From Amoebidium appalachense (taxonomy: Eukaryota > Protista > Ichthyosporea), in assembly GCA_963693365.1 (NCBI GenBank), contig CAVNZM010000005.1:6885888-6949887 (forward strand): 64,000 nt of DNA, written 5' to 3'. Below the pieces are notes generated by a model that ran no database searches, had not been told where the DNA came from, and saw only the letters and a program-made list of their open reading frames with translations. The first letter of the stretch is position 1. Each line of letters opens with the position of its first letter. The position numbers and the translations under genes are program-made. Positions 53,674 to 64,000 of the stretch are shown piece by piece.

Positions 53674-54669
53674 CCTGCCTCCCCGCCTCCACTCCGTGCC
53701 TTCTGAACGTGCGTGTCCGAAACGCCCTAGATCTGTGCGTGCTTGTTTTGCAAGTTAAAACGTGTGACACCTGGGCTTCCCGCCCTTGGTACTGCTAAAC
53801 CTGTATGTGCTTTTTTTCGTTGTCAATGCCGGTGAGGTGGCTAAGCGGAGATAATCGTCTGTGATACCGTGTACCCCAAGCCTGCTCTCTCACAACTCTC
53901 TAATTATAACTCCGTTCTGTGTTTTTGTTGCTTTCTTTTGTTGGGACAAATTCCTTGGCGTTTATAGTTGAACCAATAGCTAAATAGCTTTGATGATGGA
54001 ACCATATTTAGGTCAAGTTCAGACGTATCCATTAGATTATGTGTTTTGCCAATCACTAATCAATTTACACATTCCAAACATTCCGACCTTGTGCATCGTC
54101 AGCAGTGCCTCGATCAGTCGTGACAGCGCAGCGTGACTTTCTCAAAGGGCGAGAACAGGCTGTGAGCAAGGGGCCGGGTTGAACAAAGGCTGGGGGGCAA
54201 TGCTCAGTGCACTACGTGTGAGTGTGTTTGTGTGTGTGATTGGATGGCGGAGACGGGGGGGAGGGGAGGGGGAGGGGGGTAGTGGGAGGGCCTGAAAGGC
54301 GTGGGCTAGGGCCCATGGGGCACAGGCGGGTGTGGCTTCTATGTGGGCATGTCCACCACTGCCTCTCCTAGACCCTGCCCTACCGTAGTCAGCAGGCCCC
54401 GATATTGGCTGGAGGGCACAGATATAACGTGACCAGGGACTGAATCCCTGTGCAAACACATAAAGGAGTAAGATGACAGAGAATCTCGGCGCAGAGAGAT
54501 CTGTGGATTCGAGTGGCAAGATGACATGTGATCGAAGAAAGTGTTGGTGCTGCTATAAACAGCACATTCTCGTCTGGAATTTATACTGCGCTCTGTGGCC
54601 TCCATAACACCTATATGTATGCACACACACGCGCAACGCACACACACACACATACACACACACACACGG

Positions 54670-54826
<157 letters not shown>

Positions 54827-55571
54827 CACAGAAACACACGGTTTTACACACGTGTGTGTGTTTTGAGTGTGTTTGGGTGCACATGAGCAAGTGTAGTGAC
54901 ATGTCTGCATGTTCACAAGAACTGTGTTGTTCCGTTCAGAGTGTGTCACTATGCCTTTGTGGTCGTGTTATTAATAGGGTCATTGTGTGATTGTGTAACC
55001 AGTGTGGCAGGCTCATGTTACAAAGTCAGTGAAAGTGCTAATACAGGATCATACATACAATAGCTGTGACTCCCATTTCTTGGGACGAGTTCAACATTTT
55101 GACAATATACGACTCTATACATCCTAAGTAAGGTTGCCTAAGTAACTAAGCTACCTTCATTCGTGACATCTTAATTAACACTAAAAATACAGCTGAGCAA
55201 TACGCCAGGCTTGGCTTTGAGTGAAAGATACCAGATGCGCACTAAATACTAGATGCAGATCTTCTAAGCACGACATTTGATTTGATATGATTTCAACCCC
55301 GTGGGTGAATCTTTGCGCACACACTCATCTCTCTCATCACTAGTCACTCGCTGCAGGTGAATATATGAGGGAAGCCTTGGCATGGCACGCATGTGGAGTC
55401 GTGTTGTATAATATGATCGTGTGTCTGTGACAAACAATATGTTTATAAATGAACGGGGTTGACTAGACCACGCTTTGCTTAGTTACGTGCTAGTCCTACT
55501 TACACCTAGTAAGCCGAGCACACTGAGTGAGCTCTGAAGCCCCCGACATGCCCTTATAACGGAGCTCGCAC

Positions 55572-57659
55572 CGAGGGGCCTGGGGGCTCTCGTACGGCAC
55601 GTTGCTGGACCACAGCACGGAGCAGAGGCAGACGGGCTAGTAACTCTCGCCGGTATGCCTTCCACTCTGGGTCCTTGAGTGCCGGGTGGTTACTGCTAAG
55701 AAGGGCAACGTCAGGGAATTGTGTTGCTTCTTGCCCGTACACAAGATAATACGGTGTACATTGCAAAATTTTGTGTGTTGTTGTGTTGTATGCATGTGTA
55801 ACCACCGGCAACAGAGTGTCCCAATTAGTGTGCTCATAATTAACGTACTTTGAGAGTGCATTATTAATAAATCTATGAGACCGTTCATTGGAACCGTTGC
55901 TTTGTGGGTGATATGCAGAGGTGCTCACTTGTGCAATATTTGCTATACGGCAAATCTCAATAATTAGCTCATTGAGAAATTCTGATCCTTGATCACTCAA
56001 AAGTGTACGAGGGGGGCCGTGTATATAGCAAATTACATTCATGAGTGCATGTGCAACATTAACGGCATGCTTAGATTGGATGGGCACAGTGATTAAATAC
56101 TTCGTTGCCATATCCATAAACACACAAATGAAAGTATTACCATTTTTCGTTTCTGTGAACGGACCCATAAGGTCAACAGAAACACGAGAGAACATTTTTA
56201 AATTTTCGTATCTCTGTTCAAATGGCCTACTTCTCAAGTGTGGGTTATCGTTACGGCCTTGGCACTGTGTGCAGGCATTCACATAAGCAGTGATATCTTT
56301 GTGCATGCGTGGCCAATAATAATTGTATAATCTTTCGTAAGTTCGTTCGATGCCAGTATGAGCCCCCCCGTCGTGCACACTTCTTAATAAATCAGCACGA
56401 AGGATTTCGGGCACATACAGGCAACGACGACCATCCTTAGCCACATGATAAAGCACTTCATCCTCTATCACACACATTTGGGCTATTTTCTTAACCTTTT
56501 TGTATCCGAAATACTCAAGATTAAGACCGTGTGCAGCTCGTTCCCCCCCTGCCTGCCATTCCCGTTTGGCCTCGGCATCGAGGGAGGCAAGCCACCGTAG
56601 CCACGTGATTATATCCTTACACATTTTGTCCCCCCCCTGTGCCATCATAATTGCTTCCTTCTGATAGCCGGCACCACCGAGTGCAGAAAGGGAGGGCAGG
56701 CCGGCTTGACTGAGTGCAGAAATTTGTGCACATTTCAAGCGGTCTGGATCGAAAATGTGTGTGAATTCGAGTGCATCACCCCAATCAACAAACACTTCGG
56801 CTGGTTGCGAGCTAAGCTCGGATAAATCTGCTGTGAGAACCTCTTGTAATTCCTTTTTCACATCCCACCTTTCCAGTGGTATGTTTTCGTTCTCATGCAG
56901 AATATATCCTATACGGCTTAACCCATCAGCATCGTGCATGGTAGGGCCAGGACGGTAGTATAGATCGAAATCATACTCCTGCATTTCCAAAGCCCACCGT
57001 TGCATCCGTTCGTTTGCTATCCTTTTGACACCTTTAAGAGAAAGACAGGGCTTATGGTCACTTTCCACAATAGTATTTACTCGACCATACACGTACACCC
57101 TAAACTCTTTCAGTGCCCAATAGATTGCATGCGTTTCTCGTTCGATGTTGCTCCACCTACGTTCGGTAGGTTGAAACATCCGGGAGGCATATGCCACCGT
57201 GCGGAACTTGCCATCTTTTTGTTTTTGATACAGGCAAGCCCCTTCCGAGAACCGACTAGCATCACAACGAATAAGAAACTGACCCCCCGTGGGGGAAAGA
57301 TCGGGCAGGGCAAGCACTTCCTCCGATAACGCCGATTTTAAATCTTTAAACGAGCGATCTAATTCGTCCGTCCATTTTAACCGTCGGTGTTTTTCTCCGT
57401 AACACTTGGCATTCATGGGTCGGGCTCGCTCTGCATAATTTAAAATGTGACGGCGGAGATAGGAAGTAATACCCAGAAAACCCCGGAGTTGGTGTAGTGT
57501 GTTTGGTACCGTCCAATCTTTCACTGCCTGAACCTTTTTCGGGTCGGGCCGAATGCCATTTACACCTACAATCCAACCCAAAAACGGTATTTCCGTTAGC
57601 CCAATATATGTCTTTGCCCCATCGAGCTTAACACCATATTCACCGAGACGGGTGAAAAG
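55572..57659 (-). CDS. Gypsy pol fragment: RT C-terminus, RNase H, integrase (HHCC and DDE); 5'- and 3'-truncated but uninterrupted
   Basis: LFTRLGEYGVKL..KTYIG..EIPFLGWIV..GIRPDPKKV; CDAS..GACLYQ, VAYASR, ESDHKP; HDGGAHTG..CTQC; VDLMGP, SDQGSEF, YHPQSNGSNERSH. The RT catalytic YxDD, protease and gag are absent. Confidence 0.95.
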
Positions 57660-57660
57660 T

Positions 57661-57915
57661 CACAACTTCAACAAGGTTCTGCCGGACGAGTGGGTGGTGG
57701 AAAAGGTGCTTGACGTAAGAATTCAGAAACGGCGCAAGCAATCCACCCCTTACAAGTGGTACCAGATCAAGTGGGCAGGCAAAGATGATTCATTCACCTC
57801 TTGGGAGTGTGAGAAAGACTTAGCCTGCCCGGACAAGATCCGAGAGTTCCACCAACGCAGAGGTGACCTTGCATCGTTCCACGGATACATTGACTCATTG
57901 TGTGGAGCATGGTGA
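57661..57915 (+). CDS. Chromodomain (C-terminus of a chromoviral integrase), opposite orientation to the pol fragment
   Basis: DEWVVEKVLDVR...WYQIKWAGKDDSFTSWECEKDLACPDKIREF; followed by a stop, a G-rich PPT-like tract and the LTR. Confidence 0.9.
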   Translation, partial: HNFNKVLPDEWVVEKVLDVRIQKRRKQSTPYKWYQIKWAGKDDSFTSWECEKDLACPDKIREFHQRRGDLASFHGYIDSLCGAW

Positions 57916-57955
57916 CGTATGTCGAGGACGACATACTTCTTTTTACGGTGGGGCG

Positions 57956-58567
57956 TGTGGTATATTATACCGGATATCTAGTATGGATGTACACAGGTTG
58001 AGATATACGCACACGTGTACATGTATATATACCACTGTGTTTGATCTTAGGTAGGCCAGTATGCATGTCCCTCCCAGTCTTGTGCGCATGAGCATGGAGT
58101 TAAACATATGTGCACGTGCAACTTGCAGGATTATTCATGGGAAAACAGATATAATAGCCACATGGGACCGACACGTAGCAGAGGAACCATGAGCGTTAAG
58201 TTATAGTTTTATCATGGGAAAATATGCAAGTAGCCGCGTGAGGTATGACTGTGGAATGCATCGATAATCAAGTACTGTCACCCGATTGGCTCAATAGGTT
58301 TATTGGAACCGTGATAGCCATGGGACAGAACCGTGAACCGTATGTGATTGGCTCTCGTAGCCAAAAAGCACATACCGATGCGCATGTCTGAGCCGCTGTG
58401 CGAGCTCCGTTATAAGGGCATGTCGGGGGCTTCAGAGCTCACTCAGTGTGCTCGGCTTACTAGGTGTAAGTAGGACTAGCACGTAACTAAGCAAAGCGTG
58501 GTCTAGTCAACCCCGTTCATTTATAAACATATTGTTTGTCACAGACACACGATCATATTATACAACA
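57956..58567 (+). repeat. Complete 3' LTR (~612 bp)
   Basis: Starts TGTGGTATA directly after ttttacggtggggcg and ends TATACAACA, giving imperfect terminal inverted repeats. Confidence 0.8.
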
Positions 58568-58633
58568 AGTCGTTTGACCGGTTCAGATGTGGCAGACAAG
58601 GCATCCTTTGGGAAAACTTTCATCAGCAAACTT

Positions 58634-59560
58634 CCCGGAAGTATTGCCAACGTATTTTTTGCTATTGGGGCTATTGGCGATATTGGCAATAGAACCCCTT
58701 GCCGCCAATAAGAACACCATATTGCAATAATATTGCTTTGGTATTGTCAATGGTAATACAGTACCAATACCCTCTATTGTCGATATCCCGCTGATATGAA
58801 TATATTATCCAGTATATGTTACATCAATATCGCCAATACATTAGAGTGCCATTACATTACCATTGCATTACTATTGGGCTAGCATTATAGACGTATTGCC
58901 AATATCAATTATACCCGGGCGATATTACAATAACAACCAAATAATATCAAAAATACAGATAATGATATGGATAATACTGTATTTTCGCATTGTAGTTGCA
59001 CTATGAACACATTATTAATGTATTGCCAATATGTAATTCATAGAAATACAAAGATTTAAATATCAAGAAACATATAAACAATGTATTGCCAAAATATGAT
59101 CCAACTATAATCAATATATAAATGCGGTATCGCCGATAGGTTGTTTTATTATCGTGAGTATATTGATGACATAAACAGAGGTATGATTAATACACTCCCA
59201 ACACATTACAAATAAGGAATAAGTAAGTATGTTCCATATCAAGCATATATTGGCAACATACGAATGATACCACCACCATAAAGATATAAGTATTGATAAT
59301 GCATTGCATATATATTATAAATATCACACTATATTATTCAAATACATTGCCAATAAATTGATAATGGGAACGAATGCATGCAAAGTACAGTATAAGTGCG
59401 CTTATAACATGAAAGGCATATCGGACGAACATTGCCAATGTATTAATAATAACTTTATTGACACCTCATTAATCACATGCTCAATATATTGGCAATATGC
59501 ACACGGTACGGTAAGCACAGCCCCATGATCATTGTCAATGTATTGCCAATGTATTGCACA
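58634..59560. repeat. AT-rich array of dispersed TATTGCCAAT/TATTGGCAAT motifs, possibly the subterminal region of a large DNA transposon
   Basis: About a dozen variants in both orientations (near 58642, 58681, 58742, 58893, 59021, 59084, 59247, 59345, 59430, 59487, 59530, 59541); no microsatellites. Confidence 0.7.
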
Positions 59561-59879
59561 TGTCGTCATCCATACGTGTTCCGTATGGTCACTTTATTAA
59601 CTTCGGTTGGATATACCACATTATATTGAGGACCACACCTGGTGGCCCTCCCCTCCCCCCCTCCCCCCCCCCGCCCCCCCCCCCCCCCCCCCTCCCCCCC
59701 CCCCCCCCGCCCCCCCCCCCTCCCCCCCCCCCCCCCCCCCCCCCCGCGCCCCACCCCCTTTTCCCACAGGCTCAACCGGCCATGTATACACCGCCCCCCC
59801 CCCCCCCCCCCTAAAAAAACCCAAGTCCACTACCCCCCCCCCCCCCCCCCCCCACCCAAAATCAAAGAAAAAAAAACTT

Positions 59880-60699
59880 TTAGGGCTCGTCAATGTTGCA
59901 GGCGGCATGGGACTTGTCGATGTTGCAGGCATGGCCGTGCTCGGTATTGGCGGCGAGGGGAGACTTAGGAGCGGGGGGAGGCTCTGGAGCGTGGGGGGAC
60001 TTTTGGGCGTTGATCTCTGAGTCTTGTTGCTCAGCCTCGGCCTCCTTGAGCCTTGCCTCCTCCTGGGCCTTGAAAGTCTTCCAGTTGTTGATGGCCTGAG
60101 GACACACGTATTAGAATGAATGTAACAAGAGTTCTGCAGACAAAGACATGTGCCAAGTGGCAAGCTGCAAATGGAGCATAATTTAACTGAAATAATAATA
60201 TGCAAACATACTCCCCATCTTCTGGCAAGAAAGCTATAAAATGTGGAAGTATCATGTGAAGTTCATGTTCAAGGGGTTGGGAGGAGGGAGGGGGGGGGGG
60301 GGGGGTTCCCTACCGCTTCAAAAGACCTCGTGTTCGCCAGCCCGTGCCAGTCCTTGGGGATGCCTCCCTCCTTGGAGAAGGGTGACCAGACAGGCAAGCC
60401 ATTTTCAGCTTGTGCCGCAGTGCGGTCGCTCAGACAGGCCTCGATGATGTAGATGATGAAGCGCACAAATTGGGGCGAGTCCTTCAGCACGTCCTGCATC
60501 ATTGAGAAATCAGCAGTTAGCTATGATCATGTGGATTGGGCTTGGGTTAATCTAGTACATCAAGGACCATTAACTTAGTAAAAGGAAAATGAACTCATAG
60601 ACAGCAAACGCAATTGAAACAAACGAAAGAACTAGAAAAGAAAGTGATTCCATACACACATGCCCAAAAGGGCTATTATGGGAGGGGATAAGGGTGTGT

Positions 60700-60734
<35 letters not shown>

Positions 60735-61703
60735 GGACTTACGTCAATGGTCTCGAAGGTGATGTCCATGTCGTTGGCGCGGTTTCGCACTTCATCCAAG
60801 GCCAATAGCAGGTCGAGGAGCGCTGGGTTCCCAAAAGGGTGGCCGGTCTCTGGGTCGCGGAAAGCCCTGCTGCCACCTGACATGCCTGGGGCAAGGTCGA
60901 TGATATCCATGAGGCTCTGCCAGAACGCCCACCGGGACGTGAACTCCCCGGGGACATCCCTGTCCAAGATCTGCAAGAAGAGATGTGCATGTCAGTGATG
61001 AGTGCTGACGAAAGAATGTACAAACAGATTCAGAATAACTTGTCAACGGTAAAAGGTGTTCAATGCCTAACAAACAGCTACTACTAGCATAGTATCATGG
61101 GCACATTCATTTTTGTCCTACACTCTGACTATAAAACTCTACATTGCAGGCAGTGTTTGGGGTTTGAACACACAAGCAACCAGGGTTTAGGAAGCTTACC
61201 CTGACGTTTCCTGGAAGCACACTGAACATGGGCATTTGCCGCCGGACAGACTTGACGACGTTGTGCTTGGCCTGTGACATGGCCCTGCTGAACCTGCCAT
61301 GTTTGGGTGGAGGGTGTTAATATCGTTATATAAAAAAGTCAACAAGATAACCAACCATTTTAATGTAAACCTATGGATAGTTGTCCCACACTACTTGCAA
61401 GAAGTAAAGTATGTCGACGACAATATCACTCACTAGAAACATATGAACAATACAATGCCAATATCATTTACATATCGAAGACATGTTGGCAATACTATTT
61501 CGATACAATGCCACAGCTATTACGAATATATGAAACATATGAGGGACACGTAAACTTAATCAAAAGTACAACAAGTGTTCACTAACATATTGCCAATGTA
61601 TCAGAATGATACGATGCCGTATATCAACCCTATGAGCACCTCATTATGATGGATAGAACACTTGGGGATGATGTGGTGTGCTTGTGTGTGTGTGCTTGCG
61701 CTT

Positions 61704-61738
<35 letters not shown>

Positions 61739-63021
61739 TTACTTACTTGGACCTGAGCTTGAAGTCTTCATCGGTCCGCTTCAGCTTGCCGAAGTACACA
61801 ACGGCTTCTTGAATCTCCTCGTCGGAAACCTTCCCCCAGGAGGGCTTTCCTGTGGGGGGGTCTTTCTTGAGCGTCATAGCGATGGCCTTGATAAGGCGCT
61901 GGGGATCATTCTGGATGTTGGCGCCAAACTTCATGAGCACCGTGGTGTACACAGTGTCGGTCATGGGGTGCTTCCGAAGAAGCCTTGCCTGCATTGGATG
62001 GAATAAAGAGAGGGTTGGTAAGAAGGTCTTTTTTATCTCATGGAACAAAGATTTAATGAAGACATGCACATGACTAATTGATTCGTTAACTGACGTGAAC
62101 CATAGAATAGGGTTTTTATGGGTTTGGATTTGATACACATGCGGTTGAACATTCTTAATTACTTCAAACGTTGTCTTCAAGGTTTGGCCGTGTCATTGGG
62201 AGGGGGAGGGGGGGGGGGGGGGGACGATGTCTTCAAGGTTTGGCGGTGTCATTGGGAGGGGGGAAGGGGGGGGGGGGGGGGGCTGGATGGGGAGGATGGG
62301 GGGCCGGGGATGCATTACCACAGTGGTGTTCAGCATCAACTCATCATCCGCAGTAGCCTCATTGGAGGACACATCAGACATCTTCATCTTCTTGACCTTG
62401 GGCCTCTTGGGGGGGTCGTCGTCCTGGGAGGGAGCGGCCCGCTTCAGGACACCCGTCGTCGCGAAATTCGCGATGCCTGCTCTTTTCGATGGTGTCTCTG
62501 TGCCAAAAGCAATGTCCAGAGCATCACGCTCGGTCAACTCCGGCACTTGCGCGCGCAGGAGGGCAGCAAACGCGATGTCGAGTTTGGAGTAGTTCATCGG
62601 GGCCGAGACGGGGGCGGGGGTCAACGGCATGGGTAGCTTGGAGCTGTCCTTGCTGCTGGAGCTGTCCTTGCTGCCGGATTTATCTGTGTAGGAATGGTTG
62701 GGCACTCAACATCCCGACCGAAGCCACAAGAGTATTACGAGGTCACTACCAACTTATTCTCAATACATGCTAAGTACAACACCAATACTGTAACGATATC
62801 ACGATGGTATTGCCATTATGTACGTAGCCTACGACAATTGCATAAAGCATAACAAATGTATATTAGCAATGTATTGCGCATGTTTGTTCGATATTCACCG
62901 TCAACGAGGAACACATTGAAAATGAGATGCAGTTGGTTTGTGTACAATGGTAGGTGTTTGGACCGTGTGTGTGTTTCTGTGGTTGTGTGTGTGTGCGCGT
63001 GTGTGTGTGTGGTGGGTGGTG

Positions 63022-63068
<47 letters not shown>

Positions 63069-64000
63069 AAAAAAGACAAGACCTGGCAGCAAGGGCCAAG
63101 ACAAAGACTGGTAGGCTCTCACTAAAAGTGTGGGGTTAGGGTCCCAGTATGAGCGGCAGCGGCAGCGCAATTCTAGGGGTGTTGCTGCTAGCCAACCCTC
63201 AGAGAGAATGTTGACAGCCTGTGCAAAGTTTGGGCCCGAATGGAACCCAAAGTGAAGCGCAAACGGCGTGGTCATGACAAGGTCACCAGGGTACTGCACC
63301 AGCACCTCAGGGACCAGACCCTCCTTCACCCATTCCATGATTGCTTCGGCGGTAGGAATGAACGTCTTGTGTTGTATGGGGTTTTTGCACTCAACACCTA
63401 AGTCTTCCTGCAGTTTGGCTACGATCGTTCGATACACCGAGGGTGGGTAACAAAACCAGAATTTTGGGTAGCCAGCAACATGTAGTGAACAAGACGGCAC
63501 CCCGTTGTCCTCCGAGTGAATTTCAAACACAGAACCTCCCTTCTTCGCAGGTGATAAGTGCACGTAACTAAACGGCCGATTGATACCAGGCAAGTCCTGA
63601 AGATAATGAGGCCGACCAAGGGGTGTTGCATTGACCAGTTGTGTCAGATCAGGAATGCTATGCAGGCGTCTTTTCGGCGGGGGGAGGTCAACGTGTGCAG
63701 CATATACACCCCCACCGTTGAGTGCCTTTTCGTACAGACTTACGACTTCACGGACGGTGGTTTGAGGACTAAGTGGGGGTGCATGTGCCCTAGCAGCTTC
63801 GATGCTAGCCTGTATGTCTATAGTCGTGCAAGGTGTGCGAATGACCTGCCTCCAATGATTGTTGGTGGGTTGCAATGTAAATACGTGGGCATGCTTGCGT
63901 AGAGCAGTGGGTGTGTACTGAGACAAGGCATCTACAAAGGGTATTGGGGGGGCGAACTGTCGAAGCACAACACCACCAACGTCTACATCAGCAATCTTCC
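59880..64000 (-). CDS. KDM4-like JmjC dioxygenase with a long unrecognised C-terminal region, 5'-incomplete; exons >64000-63083, 62683-62319, 61988-61747, 61284-61200, 60970-60743, 60493-60314, 60095-59880
   Basis: LPGINRPFSY, FEIHSED (HxE), GYPKFWFCYPP, C..PIQHK, QYPGDLVMTTPFALHFGFHSGPNFAQAVN..W and RCRC. All six downstream introns are GT-AG and in phase; the link from exon A to exon B is the least certain. Confidence 0.85.

Larger units (their letters stand above)
55402..58567. mobile_element. Rearranged chromoviral Ty3/Gypsy element with inverted LTR 3' ends and 5-bp TSD AGTCG
   Basis: 55402-55571 is the exact reverse complement of 58398-58567. AGTCG lies at 55397-55401 and 58568-58572, and the termini are TG...CA. 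Pol is on - and the chromodomain, PPT and LTR are on +. Confidence 0.93.

Noticed and set aside
54142-54519. 125-aa ORF upstream of GBA2
   Set aside because: No recognisable domain, and it is partly low complexity.
57553-57660. N-terminal part of the + strand chromodomain ORF
   Set aside because: It is the antisense of the RT fragment; the real + strand coding sequence begins at about 57661.
55402-58567. DIRS element or DNA transposon interpretation of the inverted repeats
   Set aside because: It has a DDE integrase, chromodomain, PPT, TG..CA ends and a 5-bp TSD, with no tyrosine recombinase or transposase.
62170-62262. Tandem duplication GTCTTCAAGGTTTGGC.GTGTCATTGGGAGGGGG
   Set aside because: It is an ordinary local duplication next to G-runs, probably intronic, and not informative alone.

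Overview
Intron-rich eukaryotic genomic DNA, so the six-frame ORF track is mostly noise from (CA)n/(GT)n and poly-G/poly-C tracts. The style suggests a unicellular opisthokont or holozoan, possibly an ichthyosporean; this is inference only. I assembled spliced, phase-consistent gene models by hand for: a ricin-type lectin (first exon only), a GT61 glycosyltransferase (+) with a candidate 4-exon antisense gene nested in intron 1, a coiled-coil protein, an SLC35A nucleotide-sugar transporter, GRWD1/RRB1 (12 exons), TCTP (4 exons), GBA2/GH116 (26 exons) and a KDM4-like JmjC gene running off the right edge. Most notable observations: (1) a young chromoviral Gypsy derivative built from two 3' halves joined back to back, bounded by perfect 170-bp inverted LTR ends and a 5-bp TSD; (2) a ~110-120 nt repeat ending in poly(C) that lies in the host gene's sense orientation in every assignable intronic copy; (3) intronic echoes of a GRWD1 exon that differ almost only at third codon positions; (4) introns with (GT)n starts and (AC)n-AG ends; (5) the JmjC gene embedded among TATTGCCAAT repeats, possibly cargo of a large mobile element. 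All coordinates were read by eye and no searches were run.
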